Notes under the pieces: model-generated | Databases searched by the model: none | What the model was told of the DNA's origin: nothing | The model's input: the letters and a program-made list of their open reading frames with translations, nothing else | In this document: positions 11,389-18,951 of the stretch, piece by piece | How positions within the stretch are numbered: position 1 is the first letter of the stretch | Layout: each line of letters begins with the position of its first letter | From: a bacterium | Lineage (GTDB): Bacteria; CALINM01 | Direction of reading: 5' to 3' | Assembly (NCBI GenBank): GCA_041640455.1 | Contig: JBEQAF010000037.1 | Coordinates: 1-19,917 of the forward strand | DNA length: 19,917 nt | Made by a program: the position numbers and the translations under genes

Positions 11389-13314
11389 ATGGGAAAAAAT
11401 ATTGTAGAAAAGATTTTGCAAAGCCATCTTGTATCGGGTGAGTTAAAAAAGGGCTCTGAAATAGCCATAAAGATAGATCAGACTCTCACACAGGATGCCA
11501 CAGGCACGATGGCTTATCTGCAGTTTGAAGCCATCGGAATACCAAAGGTAAAAACTGAGCTTTCGGTAAGTTATGTGGACCACAATACGCTCCAGTCTGG
11601 TTTTGAGAACGCCGATGACCACAGATTCCTGAGAACTTTTGCAGCAAAATACGGCATATATTTTTCAGCACCAGGAAACGGCATATGCCACCAGATTCAT
11701 CTTGAGAGGTTCGGTAAGCCAGGAAAAACCCTTCTTGGTTCAGACAGCCATACCCCCACAGCTGGTGGAATTGGAATGCTTGCCATAGGAGTTGGTGGGC
11801 TTGAGATCGCAACGGCTATGGCTGGATATCCTTTCTACATAAATATGCCCGAGGTGATCCTTGTAAACCTTACAGGTAAACTACAGCCCTATGTTGCTGC
11901 AAAGGATGTAATCCTTGAACTTCTGAGAAGATTAACTGTTAAAGGCGGTGTAGGAAAAATATTTGAGTATGGCGGTGAGGGCGTTAAAACCCTTTCTGTG
12001 CCAGAAAGAGCTACCATAACTAATATGGGAGCAGAGCTCGGGGCAACTACTTCCATATTTCCTGCCGATGAGATTACCTATGAGTTTATGAAAGCCGAAG
12101 GTAGAGAAAAGGATTTTATTGAGCTCACGGCAGATCCTGATGCACAGTATGATGGGGTGATTGAGATTGATCTGTCTTCTCTTGAACCATTGATAGCCTG
12201 CCCCCATTCTCCTGATAATGTAAAAAAGGTTAGAGAGCTGAAGGGGATCAGGGTTGATCAGGTATGTATTGGAAGCTGTACAAACTCATCTTATAAAGAT
12301 CTGGTAACTGTTTCTAAACTGCTTAAAGGGAAAAACCTACCAAGCCATGTTAGCCTTGTTATCTCTCCTGGCTCCAAACAGGTAATGGAGACCATCGACA
12401 GAGAAGGATATCTTTTTGACATAATTGCTTCCGGTGCAAGAATTCTGGAAAACGCCTGCGGTCCATGTATAGGGATGGGACAGTCTCCTGCCTCAGGGGC
12501 TGTTTCTTTAAGAACATTTAATAGAAACTTTGAAGGCAGAAGCGGCACAAAGGACGCTCAGGTTTACCTCTGTTCACCAGAAGTTGCGGTGGCATCAGCT
12601 TTGGCTGGAAAGATTACTGATCCGAGAGACATTTTTACGGATCAGATTACCGTTAAAATTCCTGAGAAATTTATTATAAATGATAATCTAATCTTTCCAC
12701 CATCTGATAACCCTGATGAAGTGGAGATTTTAAGAGGTCCTAACATTGCACCTCTACCAGTTGCAAAACCGTTGCCAGCAGTTCTCGAAGGTTTAGTTCT
12801 TATTAAGGTTTCGGATAACATTACCACAGATCATATTATGCCTGCGGGTTCAAAAATCCTGCCTTTAAGATCCAATATTCCTGCCATATCAAGATATGTT
12901 TTCTATAGCCTTGATGAAAATTTTTATGATAATGCAAAAAAACATGGCGGCGGATTTATTGTGGGCGGAGAAAACTATGGTCAGGGCTCAAGCAGGGAAC
13001 ATGCGGCTCTTGCACCTATGTATCTGGGTATAAAAGCTGTTATCGCAAAATCCTTCGCAAGGATTCATCGTTCCAACCTGATTAATTTTGGCATATTACC
13101 GCTTGTTTTTGTAAACCCTGCTGATTTTGATAACATAGATAGCAATGATGTGCTTTATATCTCTGATTTTACAGAAAAAATATTTAACAATCAGGAGATA
13201 GAGGTAATTAATAAAACAAAAAATAACTCTTTTAGGGTTAAGGCAAACCTTACCCCAAGACAGGCAAACATAATAGCTGCTGGTGGGCTGCTTAATTTTG
13301 TGAAAAATGCTTAA
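11389..13314 (+). CDS. Aconitate hydratase (short single-chain aconitase family, Aquifex-type putative aconitase)
   Basis: Motifs QDATGT, DHN, GSDSHT, [4Fe-4S] Cys motifs IGSCTN and ACGPCIG, FNRNFEGR, and swivel-domain TTDHI and GQGSSREHA; 641 aa. Confidence 0.9.
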   Translation: MGKNIVEKILQSHLVSGELKKGSEIAIKIDQTLTQDATGTMAYLQFEAIGIPKVKTELSVSYVDHNTLQSGFENADDHRFLRTFAAKYGIYFSAPGNGICHQIHLERFGKPGKTLLGSDSHTPTAGGIGMLAIGVGGLEIATAMAGYPFYINMPEVILVNLTGKLQPYVAAKDVILELLRRLTVKGGVGKIFEYGGEGVKTLSVPERATITNMGAELGATTSIFPADEITYEFMKAEGREKDFIELTADPDAQYDGVIEIDLSSLEPLIACPHSPDNVKKVRELKGIRVDQVCIGSCTNSSYKDLVTVSKLLKGKNLPSHVSLVISPGSKQVMETIDREGYLFDIIASGARILENACGPCIGMGQSPASGAVSLRTFNRNFEGRSGTKDAQVYLCSPEVAVASALAGKITDPRDIFTDQITVKIPEKFIINDNLIFPPSDNPDEVEILRGPNIAPLPVAKPLPAVLEGLVLIKVSDNITTDHIMPAGSKILPLRSNIPAISRYVFYSLDENFYDNAKKHGGGFIVGGENYGQGSSREHAALAPMYLGIKAVIAKSFARIHRSNLINFGILPLVFVNPADFDNIDSNDVLYISDFTEKIFNNQEIEVINKTKNNSFRVKANLTPRQANIIAAGGLLNFVKNA

Positions 13315-13317
13315 CTT

Positions 13318-13342
13318 AGGGGGTAGCTTAATGCTACCCTTT
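13318..13342. terminator. Hairpin between the convergent aconitase and MBL genes, probable intrinsic terminator
   Basis: GGGTAGC (13321-13327) - TTAAT - GCTACCC (13333-13339), followed by TTTCATAATTT on the + strand; overlaps the MBL stop codon. Confidence 0.55.
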
Positions 13343-14230
13343 CATAATTTCTTTAAGCTCCTCAAGAACAGGAATGTTTTCCTTTTCAAGGGCGTATACG
13401 ATCTCTGACAATGCGATAAGTATGTTGTAATTTTTTGAGAAAAGACGCTCTTTTACATCTTTTACAGTATATCCTGATTTTATCATATCCATAATCTTTT
13501 TAGATGTTTGATTTATGTATTTTTTGTGTTTTATTAGAACATCTTCCGGATTATCAATTGTGCCTGAATGTCCCTGATATATCCGTAAAGGCTTCAAGTT
13601 TTCTATCTTTTCAAGAGAGTTAACATATTCCTCTAAGGTATTTTCCAGCCTCTCCACATCAAAAAAGGCAGACACCCCTTCTGACAGGACTGCATCTCCA
13701 GCAAATAAAAGCCTCCCTTCCTTAAAAAATAAACCTGTACTGCCCCACGTATGCCCCGGTAAGCGCACTATTTCTATCTCATCATCTTTAAAACTGTTTA
13801 TATTGAAAAATACATCTATGGGCTCCATCAGAGATTTGTAAAAACTGAGTTTCTCCCGCTCCTTTTCGGTTGATACCCTGTCAAAGCCAAAGAAGTCAAG
13901 AACTTTTAGAATCTTATTTATCCTTCTATCCATCCTTAGCTCCAGTCCGGAAGAGATCCTTTCATTCTCTTCAAAAGCAACGTAGATAGGAACATCAAAC
14001 TCCTTTGAGATAGCAGAGGCACCCCCAGCATGATCCAGATGACCGTGAGAGAGTATGATAGCATCAATGCCACCTGATTTTTTAACCTCATCAATAATTA
14101 TTTCAATATTTTTCTGATCTCTTAAAGTGCTGTCGAAGAGAATTCTGTGACGCTTTGTCTTAATATGATAGGCATTTACATTAAAGGGCGGAAAGGATAA
14201 AGAAGTTGATAAAACTTTTACTGAAATCAT
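13334..14230 (-). CDS. Metallo-beta-lactamase fold hydrolase, substrate unknown
   Basis: HxHxDH motif (SHGHLDHAGG), plus PGHT, FAGDA and QGHS metal-ligand motifs. Confidence 0.88.
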   Translation of the reverse strand: MISVKVLSTSLSFPPFNVNAYHIKTKRHRILFDSTLRDQKNIEIIIDEVKKSGGIDAIILSHGHLDHAGGASAISKEFDVPIYVAFEENERISSGLELRMDRRINKILKVLDFFGFDRVSTEKEREKLSFYKSLMEPIDVFFNINSFKDDEIEIVRLPGHTWGSTGLFFKEGRLLFAGDAVLSEGVSAFFDVERLENTLEEYVNSLEKIENLKPLRIYQGHSGTIDNPEDVLIKHKKYINQTSKKIMDMIKSGYTVKDVKERLFSKNYNILIALSEIVYALEKENIPVLEELKEIMKG

Positions 14231-14283
14231 CTGCCAGGAAGGGGCAGGGAAACCTTTTCTGGCATCCCAGCCCCATATTGCCT

Positions 14284-14535
14284 TTAGTTCTTAAGTTTAT
14301 TCTGAAGAAACTTTTTAATATTTTCTGCGCCAGTAATTACCACATTGCTTTCCTTTAAAACCATTATAGGTAGTCCATTCTCTGCCTTCTTGACGAGTTC
14401 ATAATAGGCAAGCCAGGCGAGTGCATCGGGGTTGTCTTCGGTGAGCTCTTTTACCTCAACACCGAGTTTTTTCAGATCAAAACTCTCTTTAATCTCTTTA
14501 CATTTGCCACAGGTTGGTGTTGAAAAAAGAATCAT
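14284..14535 (-). CDS. Glutaredoxin/NrdH-like CxxC redoxin
   Basis: 83 aa; N-terminal FSTPTCGKC and a GLP cis-Pro-like motif; 17 nt downstream of nrdD, with an AAAGGGGG SD. Confidence 0.78.
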   Translation of the reverse strand: MILFSTPTCGKCKEIKESFDLKKLGVEVKELTEDNPDALAWLAYYELVKKAENGLPIMVLKESNVVITGAENIKKFLQNKLKN

Positions 14536-14552
14536 TTTATCCCCCTTTCTAT

Positions 14553-16655
14553 TTAAAAATATTCAACACTTCTAAATCTATCTCTCAACTCACCTATCTT
14601 TCCCTTGTTCCAGCTGGAGACTCTTGTAAAGTAGCCAGTAATTCTTGTAATATTTTCTATCTTTTCGGAACCGCAGTATTTACAGCTGGTGGCTAAGCCT
14701 CTTTCTGTACGTCTACAGTCAAGGCAGGTTGAAAATTCAGGGGAGAAAGCAACCTGGTCATTCTCCGTCTGATGAAATATCTTTTTTATAAAGTTTGCCA
14801 TGGTTTCCTTTGCAGGTTTTTTCTCTCCAAGCCAGATATGGGTAAGCGAACCCGCCTCAATGAGCGGATGAAATTTACCTTCTATCTTTATTCTGTCTAT
14901 AGGATTTATGGGATGACTTACATTTAGATAGGTAGAGTTTGTATAATATATCTCACCTCTTGAAATATCTCCCTTAACTACTCTGCCAGCCTTTTCAGAG
15001 TAATGTTTAAGATCCAGCCTTGCAAATCTGTATGCAGTGCTCTCAGCTGGTGTCTGTTCAAGAACAAAATGCATATTGTGCATCTTGCTAAACTTGTCTG
15101 AAAGAAGCTTCATATGGGCTATTATCTTAAGACCAAACTGCAATGCAAAATTGCTTTCATGCAGTTCCTGACCAAGATGGTATTTGACCAGCTCATTTAA
15201 TCCTACCATACCTATAAGATAAGATACTCTGTGCATTCTTAGATAGGGCTGTCCATCTTTGTTCATGGTTAGAAGGGCAAGAGGTCCCTTTTCTCCCTGT
15301 GAAAGCAGTTTCTCTATAAAAAGTCTCTTCTGAATGTGAGCTTTAACGGCAAGCTCCATCCTCTCGGCAATAATTTCAAATAGCTTTACATCACTACCTT
15401 TAGCCTCATAGGCAATTCTTGGAAGATTAATCGTCACATTCTGGAGAGCCGAATATCTCATTCTCCAGGGCATCTTTGCATCCAGAAGGTCACTCTCCTG
15501 AAGTTTAAAACTCAGCCTGCAACATTCGGATATTTTAGCCGTATTTCCTCTGTCAAAAACAAAATAGGTATTACCTTTCTCGCAGGCAACCTCAGATATT
15601 AGATTTAAGAAGTCCTCATGCCCCTCTTCTTTCCAGAACTTTTCGGTAATATGAACAAGCGGTTTGGGGAAGAAGAATGGTCTTCCACAGCCATCTCCCT
15701 CCATATAAACTTCAAAAAGCGCCTTAACAAACCTTTTTGCCTGTTCTGAGTATTCGCCATAAGTTTTACCTGTATATTCACCAGCTGGTCCTATTGCAGG
15801 AACTGACTCAAAATGTTTTGGCACCTCCCAGTAGAGATTTATATCTGAAAATATTGCCTGTCCGCCTCTAGCAACTGCCTGCTGGGAAAACTCAAAAATG
15901 AGCATCTGGGCAAGCTGTTTCAGATCTCTATCGATCATCCCCTCCAGATAGGGAGCAAAGAACAGATTCACCGCATCCCAGCCTATGGCACCAGCAAAAT
16001 TTGACTGCAAGGCAGCGGCAAATTTTACCATGTGAGCAAGCAGCACTTCCGGATGTTTGGCTGGTTTTGCTATGGCAAGTGAGTTGGGAAGTGATAAGCC
16101 GAATTTTTTAATATATTCTAAACTCTGTCCTGAACAGTAGGGTCTGTCTATAAAACCAAGATCATGCAGATGAACATCTCCCTTCATGTGGGCATCTGAA
16201 ATATCCTGAGAAAACACATTCAGCAGAGCGTACTCCTTTTTAATATTTTCTGCAAGAGTAAGGTTGGTAGCCTCAGGACCGTGTGGCACATTGGCATTTT
16301 CCTTATTAGGATATGTGAGAAGCTGTTCCACATCATAAAGCGGCATACCAAGACGAGTATGCATTCTTCTTGCTCTTTCAAGCCCATGCTCAATTAGCTT
16401 GGCATCAACTATCTCTCTTATGAGCGGAGAGGTCAGCACCGATATGCCAGATCTTATTATTACCTGCTCTACCTCTTTACTTATCATCTCTGCTGTATCT
16501 CTATCAAGTAGAGTCTCTCTAATAAGAGCCTCAACTATCTTCTGCCTGTTCCAGGATGCAAGCTCTTCGTCGGAGGTTCTTACAAATACTGCCAGATCTG
16601 TTGTGTCCTTATAATCTACTTTAACCGGTGGCTTTAGTTCTAATATTTCTGCCAT
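14553..16655 (-). CDS. nrdD: Anaerobic (class III) ribonucleoside-triphosphate reductase with N-terminal ATP cone
   Basis: ATP cone (VRTSD...WNRQKIVEAL...IREIV..KL), HLHDL, RPYC, finger loop SECCRL, TPAES, YYTNS, Zn site CLDC...CKYC and glycyl-radical motif RITGY. I set the start at ATG 16655 (GGAGG SD) rather than 16730. Confidence 0.95.
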   Translation of the reverse strand: MAEILELKPPVKVDYKDTTDLAVFVRTSDEELASWNRQKIVEALIRETLLDRDTAEMISKEVEQVIIRSGISVLTSPLIREIVDAKLIEHGLERARRMHTRLGMPLYDVEQLLTYPNKENANVPHGPEATNLTLAENIKKEYALLNVFSQDISDAHMKGDVHLHDLGFIDRPYCSGQSLEYIKKFGLSLPNSLAIAKPAKHPEVLLAHMVKFAAALQSNFAGAIGWDAVNLFFAPYLEGMIDRDLKQLAQMLIFEFSQQAVARGGQAIFSDINLYWEVPKHFESVPAIGPAGEYTGKTYGEYSEQAKRFVKALFEVYMEGDGCGRPFFFPKPLVHITEKFWKEEGHEDFLNLISEVACEKGNTYFVFDRGNTAKISECCRLSFKLQESDLLDAKMPWRMRYSALQNVTINLPRIAYEAKGSDVKLFEIIAERMELAVKAHIQKRLFIEKLLSQGEKGPLALLTMNKDGQPYLRMHRVSYLIGMVGLNELVKYHLGQELHESNFALQFGLKIIAHMKLLSDKFSKMHNMHFVLEQTPAESTAYRFARLDLKHYSEKAGRVVKGDISRGEIYYTNSTYLNVSHPINPIDRIKIEGKFHPLIEAGSLTHIWLGEKKPAKETMANFIKKIFHQTENDQVAFSPEFSTCLDCRRTERGLATSCKYCGSEKIENITRITGYFTRVSSWNKGKIGELRDRFRSVEYF

Positions 16656-16659
16656 ATAG

Positions 16660-16707
16660 CCTCCATATTTAGTGTGTTGAAGTAGATTTAACCACAATAT
16701 ATAGTAT
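16660..16707. promoter_or_regulatory. Tandem NrdR boxes
   Basis: CCTCCATATTTAGTGT (16660-16675) and CCACAATATATAGTAT (16692-16707) match the consensus acaCwAtATaTwGtgt. They are 32 bp apart start to start and lie directly upstream of nrdD. Confidence 0.85.
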
Positions 16708-16714
16708 GTGTCAA
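16686..16714 (-). promoter_or_regulatory. Predicted sigma70 promoter of nrdD
   Basis: Perfect TTGACA (16714-16709), a 17 nt spacer that contains the distal NrdR box, then TTAAAT preceded by TGG. Confidence 0.6.
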
Positions 16715-16722
16715 GCTTTTTT

Positions 16723-16869
16723 TTATCCACATTAAGTATTTTTCTTATTTTTTTGAACAGGCGTCTCTTAATTAATTGATATAGAATGTTTTCTGTCTAA
16801 TTTTGAGAATTAAAAAAAATTTTTTCCACATATTTTCAACAGCCCATAGCAATTCTTTTTATTTCAACA
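16723..16869 (+). promoter_or_regulatory. Cluster of DnaA-box-like 9-mers
   Basis: TTATCCACA at 16723-16731 (perfect), TTTTCCACA at 16822-16830, TTTTCAACA at 16833-16841, ATTTCAACA at 16861-16869 and a weaker TTTTGAACA at 16751-16759; all on the same strand in very AT-rich intergenic DNA. Confidence 0.5.
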
Positions 16870-16920
16870 GGTGTTTTTAACCTTTATTTAGGAGTTCTTT
16901 ATAATTTATAATTTATATGT

Positions 16921-17601
16921 ATGCGCCTTTTATATTTATTTCTATTTTTTGTTGTTCTTTCATGCTCTACTGGTATCAATAACAGTCCCAAAAACAGGAC
17001 AGGAATTGAAGGTTATGTTTATTCTAAAAATCATATTCCTGAACCGGACGTATATGTATCACTTTACAGGTCATTGGTGGGAGGACTCATTGGTCCTTCA
17101 GACTTTATGGAAAAAACTAACGAAAAAGGTTATTTTTTCTTTGATGTGCCGGAGGGGAGATATTTTCTTGTGGCAAGGAAGCGGCTTAGTGGCAGTGATA
17201 CAGGACCTCTTAGGGCAGGAGACCGGATTACAGTATATAATAAAAATCCTATAGAGGTTAAACCAGGCAAGATATTCACTTTATCATTAACATTGCCTGA
17301 AGCATCAGGCATTTTTCAGAAGCGGGTTCCAAAGGGAGACAAGCCTCTGACCATAAAATTTAAAAAAGAGCCCCACTTACCGCTTAAAGCCCTGATTTAT
17401 GAGGGAGATGATATTAAAAAAAGTCCTCTCTACATTGTAGAACTCAGTGAAAAGGAAAACATTATTAACATTGATCTAAATAAACAGTATATAATTGTCA
17501 TAAGAGAGCATATAAAAGAGCGTATTGGTCAGAATGAATTTTACAGGATTATAGGTCCACTTTTTTCAAATGATACTGATACCTTAGAGATCGATTTTTA
17601 A
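16921..17601 (+). CDS. Predicted lipoprotein with a carboxypeptidase-regulatory-like beta-sandwich domain
   Basis: Signal peptide MRLLYLFLFFVVLS|C with a lipobox-like Cys; GIEGYV...TNEKGYFFFDVPEGRYFLVARK pattern. Confidence 0.65.
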   Translation: MRLLYLFLFFVVLSCSTGINNSPKNRTGIEGYVYSKNHIPEPDVYVSLYRSLVGGLIGPSDFMEKTNEKGYFFFDVPEGRYFLVARKRLSGSDTGPLRAGDRITVYNKNPIEVKPGKIFTLSLTLPEASGIFQKRVPKGDKPLTIKFKKEPHLPLKALIYEGDDIKKSPLYIVELSEKENIINIDLNKQYIIVIREHIKERIGQNEFYRIIGPLFSNDTDTLEIDF

Positions 17602-18359
17602 TGAAAATAATTAGCTCTACCGATAACCAAACCATTAGAAAGATTATTAAAGAGCGTGAAAATCGCTTCTTCTGGTGGGAGGGCTATAAATTCTACCATG
17701 AGATAGAAAAGGAAAGTAAAAAATCTCATATACTTGTAATAGAACAGGCTTTTTATAAAGAAAAGTTAGGTGAAAAAGTTAATATCAGCTTTGATGAGCT
17801 TCTTATTGTTTCTGAAAGGGTTTTTAAAAAGCTTTCCTGTACTAAAACACCTCAAGGGATTGGTGGAATGGTGGAGATCCCCCATTGGAGGCTGAATGAA
17901 TTAGCCAGTCTGAATGGGAATATATTTTTTCTTGCGGGACTTCAGGATCCCGGGAATGTGGGCTCTATTATAAGAATAGCAGATGCTTTTAGTTTTTCTG
18001 CAGTTATATATGAAAAAACTGGCGTATCACCCTATAATGAAAAGGCAGTGCGGGCAAGTACAGGAAGTATATTGAGAGTTCCCTGCATGGAAGGAGACGC
18101 TGAGACTTTACAGAGATTATATGATCTTGGTTTTAAAATATTTTTTCTAACCACCTCGGGAAGACCCAGCAATAATATTAAAGATATAGAGCTGTCAGCA
18201 AAAAATGTTTTTGTTCTCGGACAGGAAGGAGGAGGTATCAATATCTCCTTTTTAAATAAGATAAATCTTTACATCCCCATGAAAAAAGGTGTTGATTCAC
18301 TGAATGTTTCTGTCACTGCAGGGATAGTTGGCTTTTTAGCCAGTCAGGGGGGTAACTAA
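17601..18359 (+). CDS. TrmH/SpoU-family RNA 2'-O-methyltransferase
   Basis: SPOUT motifs LQDPGNVGSIIR, VLGQEG and IPM..VDSLNVS; N-terminal ISSTDN and TPQGI substrate-binding domain. Confidence 0.92.
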   Translation: MKIISSTDNQTIRKIIKERENRFFWWEGYKFYHEIEKESKKSHILVIEQAFYKEKLGEKVNISFDELLIVSERVFKKLSCTKTPQGIGGMVEIPHWRLNELASLNGNIFFLAGLQDPGNVGSIIRIADAFSFSAVIYEKTGVSPYNEKAVRASTGSILRVPCMEGDAETLQRLYDLGFKIFFLTTSGRPSNNIKDIELSAKNVFVLGQEGGGINISFLNKINLYIPMKKGVDSLNVSVTAGIVGFLASQGGN

Positions 18360-18938
18360 ATGAAAGGGATTAAGCACAGACTGATATTTTTTCTTTTCAT
18401 TATAATCAGCTCCTTAACCTTTTTTGCTATTGTCAAAGGCGATCAGATGCTTCTTTATATAGGAAAAAGGCTGATTGTATCGGATAAACTTGAAAAATCT
18501 GACCTGATTGTTGCCCTCGGAGGTGAGAATATTAGAAAGCACGAAGCGGTAAAACTGTTTAATGAAGGATATGCTAAAAAGATTCTTTTTACAGGGTTTG
18601 AGATTGAAAGAGAGGATTATTACCGATACAAGCTTACGGACAAATATTTTGTTTACCCAGTAAGGTTTCTCAGCAATACCTATGAGGAGGCGGTTTTTAC
18701 AAGAGATTTAGTTGTAAAAAATAATTACAAAAAGGTCATAGTGGTTACCTCTTTTTATCACACAAGGAGAACAGCCTATATTTTTAAAAAACTCCTTGAA
18801 AAGGAAGGAGTAAAAGTTATGGTTCACCCTGCATATAGTAGGAACTTTGACATTGATAGCTGGTGGAAAAATAAATACCTCCGAAAAGTAGTAATAATTG
18901 AATGGGTTGGTTTGCTTTATTATATGCTTGAGTACTAA
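18360..18938 (+). CDS. YdcF/DUF218 (ElyC/SanA-like) membrane-anchored protein
   Basis: N-terminal TM helix; motifs DLIVALGG, R...A..L, ILFTG, NTYEEA, VVTSFYHTRR and a C-terminal E...L.YY. Confidence 0.85.
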   Translation: MKGIKHRLIFFLFIIISSLTFFAIVKGDQMLLYIGKRLIVSDKLEKSDLIVALGGENIRKHEAVKLFNEGYAKKILFTGFEIEREDYYRYKLTDKYFVYPVRFLSNTYEEAVFTRDLVVKNNYKKVIVVTSFYHTRRTAYIFKKLLEKEGVKVMVHPAYSRNFDIDSWWKNKYLRKVVIIEWVGLLYYMLEY

Positions 18939-18951
18939 ATAAGGAGATGCT

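Noticed and set aside
13334..14230. Antibiotic-resistance beta-lactamase
   Set aside because: No signal peptide and no mobile context; only the generic MBL-fold motifs are present.
14228..14320. Programmed frameshift or readthrough fusing the redoxin to the MBL via the structured spacer
   Set aside because: No canonical slippery heptamer at suitable spacing, and in-frame readthrough of the TAA meets a TGA at the MBL start.
16656..16730. 25-codon N-terminal extension of NrdD in the ORF track (MDKKKLDTYY...)
   Set aside because: It runs through the predicted promoter, the NrdR boxes and a DnaA box; the ATG at 16655 has a GGAGG SD.
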